This document shows, in pieces, positions 10,082 through 20,951 of a DNA stretch of 64,000 nucleotides. Source of the DNA: an uncultured Candidatus Rokubacteria bacterium (GTDB lineage: Bacteria; Methylomirabilota; Methylomirabilia; Rokubacteriales; CSP1-6). The translations under genes were made by a program, and so were the position numbers. The stretch lies in assembly GCA_963758635.1 (NCBI GenBank), contig CAVWWD010000003.1, positions 512,001-576,000 of the forward strand. Reading direction: 5' to 3'. The notes below the pieces were generated by a model. It made no database searches. It was given only the letters and a program-made list of their open reading frames with translations, and had not been told where the DNA came from. Position 1 is the stretch's first letter, and every line of letters starts with the position of its first letter.

Positions 10082-11944
10082 ATGGACGCGCCCGCACTCG
10101 AACGGAAGCTCGTCGCCATCATGAGCGCCGACGCCGAGGGCTACAGCCGCCTCATGGGCGACGACGAGGCGGCGACCGTCCGCACGATCACCGAGTACCG
10201 CGAGGCCATCTCCGCCGCGGTCCGCCGCCACGGCGGGCGGGTCGTGGACGCCCCCGGCGACAACGTCCTCGCCGAGTTCGCGAGCGTGGTCGATGCCGTC
10301 CAGGGGGCGGTGGAGATCCAGGACGATCTCCGGTCACGGAACGCCGCGCTCCCCGAGGCGCGGCGCATGCGCTTTCGCATCGGCATCAACCTGGGCAACG
10401 TCATCGTCGACGGTGCGCGCCTGTACGGCGACGGGCTCAACATCGCCGCCCGCCTCGAGGGGCTCGCCGAGGGCGGCGGCATCTGCGTCTCCGGCACGGC
10501 CTACGACCAGGTGGAGGGCAAGCTGCCGCTCGCCTACGACTTCCTCGGCGAGCACACGGTGAAGAACATCGCCCGCCCGGTGCGCGTGTACCGGATCCGT
10601 CTGGACGCGGACGCTCCGCGGGGCCGCGCCGCCACGCCGCGCCGGGCGCGGTCCCGGTCCCGCGTGGGGCTGGTAAGCGCGCTCGTGGCCCTGGCGTTGC
10701 TCGCCGGCGTCGGGTGGGCCGGCTGGCGCTGGCTCCACGGGCCGGCATCCTCCGCGCTGGCCCTGCCCGACAAGCCCTCCGTCGCCGTGCTGCCGTTCGC
10801 GAACCTGAGCCAGGACCCCGCGCAGGAGTATTTCAGCGACGGCGTCACCGAGGACCTGATCACCGGGCTGTCGAAGCTGTCCGGGCTCTTCGTGATCGCC
10901 AGGAACTCGGCCTTCACGTACAAGGGCCGGGCGGTCAAGGTCGGCGACGTGGGGCGGGACCTCGGCGTGCGCTACGTGCTCGAGGGCAGCGTGCAGCGCG
11001 CCGCCGACCGCGTGCGGATCACCGCGCAGCTCGTGGACGCGGCCACCGGGTACCACATCTGGGCCGAGCGCTACGACCGGGAGGCGCGTGACATCTTCGC
11101 GCTCCAGGACGCGGTGACGCAGCAGATCGTGCAGACCCTCGCGGTGAAGCTCACCGAGGCCGAGCGCGCGCGGCTGGGCCGGCCGCCGCGGGCCGACCCC
11201 GCGGCCTACGACCTCGTGCTCCGCGGACAGGAGGAGCGCTGGCGGACCACGCGCGAGGGCAACATCGAGTCGCGCCGGCTCTTCGTCAAGGCGATCGACC
11301 TCGATCCCGGCTACGCCCGCGCTCACCTGGGGCTCGCCTGGTCGCACCTGCAGAGCTGGCAGTTCGGGTGGAACCGTGACCCCCAGGGCCTCGTGCGGGC
11401 TCGCGAGCTGGCCGAGCGCGCGCTCGAGCTCGACCCCTCCCTCCCGCACGCTCACGGTGTGGTCGCGCAGATCCTCCTCTGGCAGCGCGATCACGACGGC
11501 GCGACCGCCGCCGCGGAGCGCGCGGTGGCCCTGGCCCCGAACGCCGCCGACGGGTACGAGACGCTCGCGGAGGTGCTGACGTGGGGCGGCCGGCCCGAAG
11601 AGGGTATCCGCGCCATCCAGCACGCGATGCGGCTGAACCCGCACTTCCCGTTCTTCTACCGGTGGACCCTCGGCCACGGGTACTTCCTGACGCGGAGGAA
11701 CGCGGACGCCCTCGCCGCGCTCGACCAGGCGGCGAAGGAGAATCCGAACTTTCTCCCGGCGTACGCGTACCGCGCCGTCATCTTCACGGAGATGGGCCGT
11801 GAGGCAGACGCGCGCGCGGCGTGGGCCAGGGCGGGGGAGCTCGAGCCTGGGGCCACGTCCGCCACCATCCGGCAGCGGCTGCCGTACCGCCGCGCCGCCG
11901 ACGTGGACCGCGTGGTCTCGGCCATGCAGCGGGCCGGCCTGTAG
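10082..11944 (+). CDS. class III adenylate/guanylate cyclase with TM, TolB-N-like and TPR domains
   Basis: ERKLVAIMSADAEGYSRLM, RIGINLG, GDGLNIAARLE, a TM segment, DKPSVAVLPFANLS...EYFSDG, TPR-like helices. Confidence 0.92.
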   Translation: MDAPALERKLVAIMSADAEGYSRLMGDDEAATVRTITEYREAISAAVRRHGGRVVDAPGDNVLAEFASVVDAVQGAVEIQDDLRSRNAALPEARRMRFRIGINLGNVIVDGARLYGDGLNIAARLEGLAEGGGICVSGTAYDQVEGKLPLAYDFLGEHTVKNIARPVRVYRIRLDADAPRGRAATPRRARSRSRVGLVSALVALALLAGVGWAGWRWLHGPASSALALPDKPSVAVLPFANLSQDPAQEYFSDGVTEDLITGLSKLSGLFVIARNSAFTYKGRAVKVGDVGRDLGVRYVLEGSVQRAADRVRITAQLVDAATGYHIWAERYDREARDIFALQDAVTQQIVQTLAVKLTEAERARLGRPPRADPAAYDLVLRGQEERWRTTREGNIESRRLFVKAIDLDPGYARAHLGLAWSHLQSWQFGWNRDPQGLVRARELAERALELDPSLPHAHGVVAQILLWQRDHDGATAAAERAVALAPNAADGYETLAEVLTWGGRPEEGIRAIQHAMRLNPHFPFFYRWTLGHGYFLTRRNADALAALDQAAKENPNFLPAYAYRAVIFTEMGREADARAAWARAGELEPGATSATIRQRLPYRRAADVDRVVSAMQRAGL

Positions 11945-11991
11945 CGCGCGCATTGGTTGACACTTCGGAATCGCGCGTGCTATTGGAGCGC

Positions 11992-13467
11992 ATGCCCGGC
12001 GAGGCCGTGCTGCGCACCGACGCCCTCACGCGTCACTTCGGAAGCCTGCTCGCGGTGGATCGGGTCTCGATCTCGATCCCGCGCGGCGAGCTGCGGTCGA
12101 TCATCGGACCCAACGGGGCGGGGAAGACCACGTTCTTCCGCCTGATCTCCGGCGAGATGGCGCCGTCGAGCGGGCGCATCTGGTTCGACGGGCGGGACAT
12201 CACGGGCCTGCCCCAGCACGCGGTGGCGCGGCTGGGCGTGGCCAAGTCCTACCAGATCACCAATATCTTCCCGCACCTCACCGTGCTCGAGAACGTCCGG
12301 GTGGCCGTGCAGGGCCCCGCCCGGGCCTTCGAGTTCTGGTCGCGCGCCGACCGCCTGGACGGGGTGCGCGCGCGCGCACAGGCGCTGCTGCGCACGGTGG
12401 GCCTCGGCGACAAGGCGGAGGTCCTCGCCGCGCACCTCTCGCACGGCGAGAAGCGGCACCTGGAGATCGGGATCGCGCTGGCGACCGAGCCCGCGCTGCT
12501 GCTCCTCGACGAGCCGACGGCGGGCATGAGCCCGGAGGAGACCGACGAGACGATGCTCCTGATCCGCGAGCTCGCCGCCGGCCGGACCGTCGTGCTGGTC
12601 GAGCACAAGATGAAGCTCGTCATGAAGATCTCCGACCGGATCACCGTGCTCCACCAGGGCCAGGTGCTCGCCGAGGGCACGCCCGACGAGATCCGGGCCA
12701 ACACGGCGGTGCAGCAGACCTACCTCGGCGCGTCGCGCTCGACCCGCATGCCGACCGGCGCCACGCTGCTCGCCGTCGAGGACGTGCACACGTACTACGG
12801 CGAGGCCCACATCCTCCAGGGCGTGTCGATCGCCGTGGGCGAGGGCGAGGTGGTCACGCTCATCGGGCGGAACGGGGCGGGCAAGACCACCACGCTCCGC
12901 TCGATCATGGGCATCGCCCGGCCCCGGCGGGGCACCGTGCGGTTCGGCGGCGTGGACCTGACCGGCCTCGAGACCCACGAGATCGTCCGCCGCGGGATCG
13001 CCTGGGTGCCCGAGGAGCGGCGGGTGCTGCCCAACCTCACGGTGCTCGACAACCTCCGGCTCGGCATCCTCGGCGCGGGCGTGAAGGACGGCGCGGACCG
13101 CCTCGAGGAGGCCTTCGAGCTCTTCCCGCGGCTGCGCGAGCGCATCGACCACCGGGGCCGGCAGCTCTCCGGCGGCGAGCAGCAGATGCTCGCCATCGCC
13201 CGCGGCCTCGTGGCGCGGCCGCGGCTGATGCTGGTCGACGAGCCCACCGAGGGCCTCGCCCCGCTGCTCGTGCAGAGCCTCACCGACGTGCTCCGGCGCA
13301 TCAACCAGAGCGGCACCACCATCCTGCTCGTGGAGCAGACGCTCGAGGTGGCGATGTCGCTCTCGCACCGCCTCTACGTGATGGACCAGGGCAAGATCCA
13401 GTTCGAGGGCAGCCCCGATACGCTGGCGAAGGACCCCACCGTCCAGCAGCGCTTCCTTGGCGTTTGA
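11992..13467 (+). CDS. branched-chain amino-acid ABC ATPase, LivG- and LivF-like domains in one ORF
   Basis: Two Walker A motifs (GPNGAGKTT, GRNGAGKTT); signatures LSHGEKR and LSGGEQQM; no stop between the domains. TTGACA at 11957. Confidence 0.88.
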   Translation: MPGEAVLRTDALTRHFGSLLAVDRVSISIPRGELRSIIGPNGAGKTTFFRLISGEMAPSSGRIWFDGRDITGLPQHAVARLGVAKSYQITNIFPHLTVLENVRVAVQGPARAFEFWSRADRLDGVRARAQALLRTVGLGDKAEVLAAHLSHGEKRHLEIGIALATEPALLLLDEPTAGMSPEETDETMLLIRELAAGRTVVLVEHKMKLVMKISDRITVLHQGQVLAEGTPDEIRANTAVQQTYLGASRSTRMPTGATLLAVEDVHTYYGEAHILQGVSIAVGEGEVVTLIGRNGAGKTTTLRSIMGIARPRRGTVRFGGVDLTGLETHEIVRRGIAWVPEERRVLPNLTVLDNLRLGILGAGVKDGADRLEEAFELFPRLRERIDHRGRQLSGGEQQMLAIARGLVARPRLMLVDEPTEGLAPLLVQSLTDVLRRINQSGTTILLVEQTLEVAMSLSHRLYVMDQGKIQFEGSPDTLAKDPTVQQRFLGV

Positions 13468-14848
13468 CCGCGGCGCGCTCGCCGCCGGCGCCTTCGCGCT
13501 GGCGGCGGTGGCCGTGGCCGTCGTTCCCACCCCCGCCGGCCTCACCCGCGAGGGCCAGATGGTGCTCGCGGTCGTCGTCTTCGCCATCGGGCTCTGGGCC
13601 ACCGGCACGATGGCCCCGGGCGTGACCGGGCTCCTCGTGGTGCTCGCCCTCACGCTGTCCGGCGGCGCGCCCAGCCTGGCCGTGGCGCTGTCGGGCTTCG
13701 CCGAGCCCGTGGCCTACTTCCTCGTGGGCGTGCTCACGCTGGGCCTCGCCGTCTCCAAGAGCGGCCTCGCCGACCGGATCGCGCGCTTCTCGCTGCGCCG
13801 CTCGCGCGGACGCCCGCGCGCGCTCTACGCGCAGATGCTGCTCACCTTCCCGCCGCTCACGCTGCTGCTCCCGTCGGCGACCACCCGCACCGCGATCATG
13901 GTCCACGTGTACGAGCAGGCGCTGTCGATCGCCGGCGTGGCGCGCGGCGCCCCGCTCGCCAAGGCGATCATGCTCGCGCTCAACTCGGTGAATCGCCTGG
14001 CGTCCACCGTGCTGCTCACCGGCGGCATCACGCCGGTGGTGGCCTCGGGGCTGATCGGCGGCATCTCGTGGACGCGCTGGTTCGTGCTGATGAGCGTGCC
14101 GTACCTGGCGCTGCTCGCCGCGGGCGCGGCCATCATCTACTTGCGCCACGCGCGGGGCTTCGGCGACGCGCTCGCGCTGGCCCCGCCCGGCGAGCGGACG
14201 CCGCTGACCGGCGTGGAGATCCGCACGCTCGTGATCACGCTCGGCGCCTCGCTCCTCTGGCTCACCGACGCCTGGCACCACTGGCACCCCGCCATCCCCG
14301 CGCTCCTCGCCTGGGTGGCGCTCCTCGCCCCGGGCATCGGCGTGCTCACGTGGAGCGAGTTCGAGCGCGGGCTCGGCTGGGCCAACCTGTTCGTGCTCGC
14401 CGCCTCGCTCTCGCTGGCCCAGGCCATGATCCGGAGCGGCGCGGGCGCGTGGCTCGCCGGCCTCATCCTGCGCGAAGCGCCCGCACTGGCCGCCGAGCCG
14501 CTGCTCCTCGTGGTGACGCTCCTCGTGTCCGCGGCCGGCATGCGCATGGTCATCCCGAACATCACCGGCTTCCTCGCCCTGACCATCCCGGTGGCGATGG
14601 CGCTCGGGCAGGGGGCCGGGCTCAACCCGACGGCGTGCGGGCTCCTGGTGATGATCGCGGGCGACGCCGTGCTCTACTACCCGGCCCAGAGCGCGTCGTC
14701 GCTCGTGGTGTACGAGCGCGGCCACCTCACCGCGCCGGAGATCTTCAGCTTCGGCATCTGGATGACGCTGATCGCCTTCGGCGTGGTCCTCGGCGTGGCG
14801 CTGCCGTACTGGGCGCTGGTCGGCGAGCCGCTCGTCGTGCCGCGATGA
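13457..14848 (+). CDS. SLC13/DASS family anion permease
   Basis: Many TM helices; SKSGLADRIA, LLPSATTRTAI, LTGGITP, YYPAQS. Overlaps the upstream stop. Confidence 0.85.
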   Translation: MAFDRGALAAGAFALAAVAVAVVPTPAGLTREGQMVLAVVVFAIGLWATGTMAPGVTGLLVVLALTLSGGAPSLAVALSGFAEPVAYFLVGVLTLGLAVSKSGLADRIARFSLRRSRGRPRALYAQMLLTFPPLTLLLPSATTRTAIMVHVYEQALSIAGVARGAPLAKAIMLALNSVNRLASTVLLTGGITPVVASGLIGGISWTRWFVLMSVPYLALLAAGAAIIYLRHARGFGDALALAPPGERTPLTGVEIRTLVITLGASLLWLTDAWHHWHPAIPALLAWVALLAPGIGVLTWSEFERGLGWANLFVLAASLSLAQAMIRSGAGAWLAGLILREAPALAAEPLLLVVTLLVSAAGMRMVIPNITGFLALTIPVAMALGQGAGLNPTACGLLVMIAGDAVLYYPAQSASSLVVYERGHLTAPEIFSFGIWMTLIAFGVVLGVALPYWALVGEPLVVPR

Positions 14849-14973
14849 CCATCCGCCCCTGAACGTCGCGGGCAGCGCTTGACGCAGTCCGTCGCGCCGG
14901 CCCATGATCGACGCGGCCATCCCGAGAGGCCTGACTCACCCGCGCGATCCCTCGTCGTCACGGGAGACCTTCC

Positions 14974-17900
14974 ATGGTGACGCTCCAGCTCTCCGGCATC
15001 CCCGATCCCCGGCCCGAAGCGTCCGAGCTCGGTCGCGGCCTGCCCGCGGGGGCGGTCACGGTCAAGCACGCCGCGCGTCTCGATCCCGCCCGGGCGGGGG
15101 CCCCGGCTGCGCCTCGACCGTGTCGAGCCGGACGACGTCGTCGAGATCGAGCTCGAGGACGGGCTGCGTCTCTGGAGCCGGGTGGAAGACCTCCAGCGGG
15201 ACTTCGCCTCCCCGCTCGCGCGGCACGGCCGATGTGATCGACCTGCCGGCATACCTGCCCCTCGGCGGGCCCAGTCGCGGCCTCGCCGGCTGGGCGATCA
15301 AGGGGCTGAAGGTCATCGGCATCAACGTCACGAAGGGGATCGCCCGGTTCGTGGCCGATCACGTCGAGGGCAAGCTCCGAGCCCGGTCCCGGACTCTACC
15401 GCTGCTCGGAGGGGAGCGCGGAGCGACTGACGCCGGCGCGCAGCATCGCTGGCGGCCGGTCCGACCCTCGTGTTCCTCCACGGGACCGCCTCCTCCACGG
15501 CCGGCAGCTTCGGAGGGCTGTGGGCGGAGAGCGCGGGTGCCCCCGTCCGTCAGCTCTTCGCGCGCTACGAGGGGCGCGTGCTCGCGCTGCAGCACGAGAG
15601 CGCTCACGAAGAGCCCCATCGACAACGCCGTGGTCCTCGTGGAGCGGCTCCTCGCCGTGCTCGGCAAGGGCGCGGAGGTCCACCTGGTCTCGCACTCGCG
15701 CGGCGGGCTCGTCGGCGAGCTGCTCGCGCGCGGGATGCGAAAGGGCAGCGCGCCGTTCACGCCCGACGATCTCCGCCTCTTCGCCGGGCGCAAGCCGGAC
15801 CAGGACGCGCTCAGAGAGCTGGGGCGCCTGCTCGAGCGGGCCGAGCTCCGGGTCACGAGGTTCGTGCGCGTGGCGTGTCCCGCGCGCGGGACGACGCTGG
15901 CCGGGGGCCGCCTCGACCGCTACGTGTCGATCCTCGTCAACCTGGCCTCGCTGGTCCCCGGGCTCGCGGCGAGCACGGTCTACGACGGGCTCACGAGCCT
16001 GCTCGCCGGCGTGCTGAAGGAGCGCACCGGCCGGAGACGCTGCCGGGGCTCGAGGCCATGATGCCGGAGTCGCCGCTGGTGCGGATGCTGAACCGGCCCG
16101 GCGTCGAGACCGACGCCGACCTCCACGTGCTGGGCGGCGACCTCGAGGGCGCCGGCATCATCGGGCGGCTGAAGACGCTCGTCACCGACCTCTACTACCG
16201 CGAGGACCACGACCTGGTCGTGAACACGCCGGCCATGCTGGGCGGCACCGAGCGCGTGGCGCCGATCCGGTACTGGATCGACACGGGCCCCGACGTGACG
16301 CACTTCAACTACTTCGCGCGCAAGGACACGGCGAGCCGCCTGCGTCGCTGCGCTCGACGGCGGCGGCGCCGACTTCCACGACGCTCGAGGTCAAGCCGTT
16401 CCAGGTCACCGCGGACGACTATCGCAAGCGCGCGCCCGTCGCCCAGCCCGTCGTCTTCGTGCGTGCCCGGCATCATGGGCTCGGCGCTGTCCGTGGCCGG
16501 CGCGTCGATCTGGATGGAGGTGCTGGCCCTCGCGCGCGGCGGGCTCTCCCGGCTGGCCATGGACGCCCGCGGCGTCGAGGCCACCGGCCTCGCTGGAGAG
16601 CGGCTACGCCGCGCTGTGCGAGTACCTCTCGGCGAGCCACGACGTGATCCCGTTCCCGTATGACTGGCGCCAGTCCCTCGACGTGTCGCGCGGAGCGCTC
16701 TGCGCAAGGCGATCGAGGCGCGCCTGCCCAGGCGGAGAGCGAGGAGCCAGCCGATCCGCCTCCTCGCCCACTCGATGGGCGGTCTGGTGGTCCGCGCCAT
16801 GCTGGCGACGCGGGCGGGGCAGGCCACGTGGGAGCGCATGTGCAAGCAGCCCGGCGCCCGCTTCGTGATGCTCGGGACGCCCAACGGCGGCTCGCACGCG
16901 ATCGCCGCCATGCTCATGGGCCGCGACGCGCTGGTGAAGAAGCTCGCGCTGGTCGATCTCACGAACGACCACGCGGTCGCTGATCGAGACCATCGCAGGC
17001 TTCGACGGCGTGCTCGAACCTGCTGCCGTACGCGGGCACGCTCGACCTCTACCAGCCGGCGGGCTGGCAGACGCTGCTACGGAAGCAACGTCCCCTCCGA
17101 GCCGGGGCCTGTTCGGCGGGGAGCGTGGCCTCGACCAAGTCCGCGGGCTTCGCCTGGATGCGTGCCGGCCACGGCGGCCCTGACCCGCGCGCGCCGCATC
17201 CGCGACCTCGTCGCGCAGAGCCCCCTCGACCCGTCGCGGACGGTGTACGTGGCGGGCGTGGCTGACGAGACGGCGGTCGACGTGGTCGTGGACACGGCGG
17301 CCAAGGAGGGACGCCGGGTGAAGGTGCTCGCCTCCGAGTACGGCGACGGGCGCGTGCCCTGGAGCACCGGCATCCCCGCCGGGATCCGCACCTTCTACAT
17401 GGACGCCGTGCACGGCGACCTCGCGAACACGCGCGAGGCCTTCCCGGCCTCTGCCGACCTGCTCGGCGCCGGCACGACGGCGAAGCTGGCCACCACGCCG
17501 CCGCAGCGGCGCGCCGCCGCCGGCGTGACCGTGGAGCTTCACGAGCCGCTGGCGGACATGGTGCCCGACCGCGAGGAGCTGGTCGTTGAGCGCGCTGGGC
17601 GGGCGGCGCCGGCGGCCGCCGCGGCGGGACGCGCGACGCCGCGTCCACGTGCAGGTCGTCCACGACAGCCTGATCAACGCCACATCGCCGATGCTGGTCG
17701 GGCCACTACGAGAACGACGTGATCGTGGCCGCGGAGCGGGTCCTGAACGCGCCGGCTCGACGGGCGGCTCTCCGAGCTCCACCGGATGGAGCTCTACCCG
17801 GGCCCCGTCGGCAGCGCGGTGGCGGTGCTCAACGACGACGCGCCGGGAGCGGCATATCCCGGCGCCATCATCGCGGGGTTGGGGACCGTGGGCGAGCTCA

Positions 17901-20356
17901 CGCCCGGCCAGCTCGCTCGCGCCCTCGCGCAGGCCCTGACCACGTACGGCGCCGAGCGCGTCGGCCGGGAGCGGCGGCGGCGGCAGCGCGGCGGGCAGGA
18001 CGGGCGGCGGCGACGGGGAGTTCGGCGTGCCGGTGAGCGCGGTCCTGGTCGGCTCGGGCGAGGCCGGCGTGAGCTTGAAGGACGCCATGCAGGCGCTCCT
18101 GCGCGGCGTGAGGATCGCCAACGACCGGCTCCGCGCTCCCCCGCCGAGGCGCGCGCCGGCACGGAGGCGGCGACCATCACGGCCCAGATCGACCAGGTGC
18201 GGATCTTCGAGCTGTTCGAGGACCGCGCGATCGACGCCGTCTACGCGCTCAAGAACCTCTCGCGCGCCGCCGACCTCGAGGAGTTCGTGTTCGCCGAGCA
18301 CCTGGAGGTCGGGCCGGAGGGAATCCGCCGCGTCCGGGGGGACGACACCTCCGAGTGGTGGCAGCGCGTCCGCGTCACGAGCGAGGACGGCGCCCTCAGG
18401 TTCGAGGCCCTCACGCAACCTCGCGCGGGCCGAGGCGCGCCTGCTGCCGACGCAGCGTCGCGGTCGTCGACGGATTCGTCGGCGCGCCATCGCCTCCACC
18501 GGCTTCGATCCCAGCCTGGGCCCCACCCTCTTCGAGCTGCTCGTGCCGAACGACTTCAAGACGTTCGCTCCCGATCGCCGCAACCTGGTCCTGCTCCTGA
18601 ACTCGGGCGCGGCGACCCTGCCGTGGGAGCTGCTGCACGACCGCTACGACCGAGCGGGGCGTCCCATGGCCGTGGCCAGCGGCATGGTCCGGCAGCTCCT
18701 CGACGCCCGCGGGCGCGTTCAGCGTGGCGCGGGCGCCCGGCCGCACCGCGCTCGTCGTCGGCAACCCCCAGGTGGCCGACCCGAGGTTTCCGCTCGCTGC
18801 CCGGCGCGGCCGAGGAAGCCCGGACCGTGGCGCGATGCTCCAGGATCAGGGCTACGAGGTCCTGTCGCTCGTCGAGGACTCGGCGCAGCCGATGGCCGTG
18901 CTCGCGGCGCTCCACGAGCAGCCCTGGCGGGTGCTGCACCTCGCCGCCCACGGCGTCTTCGAATTCGAGCTGACCCCGGGCGAGCCGAAGGCCACGGGCC
19001 TCGTGCTCGACGACGGCATCGTGCTCGGAGCATCCGAGGCCGAGCAGATGCGCTACGTGCCCGAGGTCGTCTTCATCAACTGCTGCCACCTCGGCCAGAC
19101 GGAGGGGAGACGCGCCCGCCCACGGCGTTCCCCGACCTCGCCGCCAACCTGGCGACGCAGTTCATCCGGATGGGCGCGCGCGTGGTCGTGGCGGCGGGCT
19201 GGGCCGTGGACGACGCGGCCGCGCAGACGTTCGCCCGCGTCGTTCTACGAGGAGATGTTCGCGGGGAGCCCATTCGGCGAGGCCGTCGTGCGGGCTCGCG
19301 AGCGCGTGTTCACCGGCGCACGGCGCCAGCAACACGTGGGGGGCCTACCAGTGCTACGGCGACCCGCAGTTCTCGCTGCAGGCGGCCGAGACCCGGCGGA
19401 CCGCGGAGGCGTTCGTGGCTGCCGCCGAGGTCGCCGTCTTCGCCGAGGGCGTGAGCCGGGCCGCCCGCTCGGCGGACGGGCCGGCGCGCGAGGCGAGGCT
19501 CCTCGAGCTCAAGAACGCCGTGGGCACCGTGCCCGAGGCGTGGTGGCGGCGGTCCTCGGCGCTGTGCGCGGCGGTGGCCCAGGCGTTCGGCGACCTCGAC
19601 GACTTCGCCCAGGCCGACCAGTACTTCTCGCGCATGGCCGCGTCCGACCGGGCCGACGCTCCGATGTCCGCGCTCGAGCAGCTCTCGAACATCCGCGTAC
19701 GCCACGCCGCCGCGCTGGCCGGGGAGGATCCGCGCAAGGTACGCGAGGCGCTTCGCCTCCTGCGTGAGACGGAGAGGGTGCTCGGGAACCTCGTGGCCAT
19801 CGGCGCCAGCTCCGAGCGCTACTCGTTGCTGGGCAGCCTGTACAAGCGCCGGGCCATCCTCGTCCGCGGCCGGGCCCGCCGGGCCGCGCTGGAGGAGATG
19901 CAGCGGGCCTATGCCCGGGCATTCGACCTCGCCGGCCGCGACGATTCCTCCGTCCGCGCCTATGCCCTCGGCAACCGGCTGGCCTCGGACGTGATCCTGG
20001 GCTGGAGCGGCCGGGGGCGACGAGGGGGCGACGAGCTCCGGAAGGGGCTGCGCACGTATGCGGAGATCGCCGAGGAGCTGCGGCGCAAGAGCACCGCCTT
20101 CTTCGAGCTCGCGGCCACCGCCGATTACCTCCTCCTCTCGGAGCTGGCCAAGGGCGCGCTCTCGACGGCGGCCCGCCGGCGGGTCCAGGAGGCGTTCGTG
20201 CAGGCGGGCCTTCGCGGCGTGGTGCCGCGCCACCGCGCGTCGTTCCGCGACCAGCTGGGCTTCTACGCGGCGATGAGCGTCACCGAGCTGCGAGGCGCGC
20301 GCGGCCGGGCCCTGAAGGCTTCCCTGGACGAGCTGGCCTCCGCCTTCGCCGACTGA
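14974..20356 (+). CDS. ~1800 aa multidomain protein: two alpha/beta-hydrolase (lipase/acyltransferase-like) domains + CHAT (caspase-like) domain + helical C-terminus; many frameshifts
   Basis: Stitched motifs in order: VFLHGTASST, HLVSHSRGGL (~15690), PGIMGS, FPYDWR, LAHSMGGL (~16770), MLGTPNGGS, GDGRVPW, HGDLAN, LFELLVP, LPWELL, HLAAHG (~18940), VFINCCHLG (~19080), AGWAVDDAAA, WGAYQCYGDP; final ORF 19415..20356. Confidence 0.82.
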
Positions 20357-20397
20357 CCAAGGCCCGACCGCACCCCCAGCGGCCGTCGACGACCGAG

Positions 20398-20588
20398 TGG
20401 TGTCTCGGTTGCGAATGGAACCGTCGTTCCCTCTCCCCTCTCTGGGGAGAGGGCAGGGCGAGGGGCGGTCGGTACCGCGCACGCGGAACGTCTGGCCGCG
20501 AGGTAGTGCTGCCGACCCTCACCCCGGCCCTCTCCCTCGAAGGGAGAGGGAGAGAGGCGAGCATCGGCGCCTCAAACTGCGACACGAC
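20398..20588. repeat. REPIN/MITE-like element: two inverted REP palindromes with imperfect terminal inverted repeats
   Basis: ccctctcccctctggggagagggcagggcgagggg (~20429) and ccctcaccccggccctctccctcgaagggagaggg (~20516); ends gtggtgtctcggtt and aactgcgacacgac. Confidence 0.65.
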
Positions 20589-20604
20589 CGATGATCGCCG
20601 TCGG

Positions 20605-20634
20605 TTGACACCCCCGGAAGGTGGGCCGCATAGT
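20605..20634 (+). promoter_or_regulatory. putative sigma70 promoter of the moaD-aor unit
   Basis: TTGACA-N18-CATAGT; an ATG lies 8 nt downstream (20643). Confidence 0.55.
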
Positions 20635-20642
20635 TTCGGGGC

Positions 20643-20951
20643 ATGGCACGGGCGGCCGGCGAGGTCGGGCGGGAGGGCGGCCGGGAGATGATCGGCGTGA
20701 GCGTCACGCTCTTCGCCGACATGCGCCGGTACCTGCCGCCCGGCGTGGACGGCCCGCACCGGCGGGTCGTGCCCGCGGGGTCGACGGTGGCCGAGCTGCT
20801 TGAGGTCATCGGCATCCCCGCGGACGCCGACATCACCGTGGGCGTGGACGGCGAGCTGGCCGACCGCGCCACGCCGCTCCGCGACGGCGCCAACGTCATG
20901 GTGCTGAGCCCGATGGAAGGCGGATGCGTTCCCCCCTGGGTGATCGAATGA
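20643..20951 (+). CDS. moaD: MoaD/ThiS family sulfur carrier
   Basis: VTLFADMRRYLP...STVAELL...LRDGANVMVLSPMEGG, followed by 8 extra residues. Alternative start at 20688. Confidence 0.8.
   Translation: MARAAGEVGREGGREMIGVSVTLFADMRRYLPPGVDGPHRRVVPAGSTVAELLEVIGIPADADITVGVDGELADRATPLRDGANVMVLSPMEGGCVPPWVIE

Noticed and set aside
6946..10122. Apparent 1058 aa hydantoinase-methyltransferase fusion
   Set aside because: Created by a frameshift near 8135; the true hyuA C-terminus is in another frame and ends at 7818.
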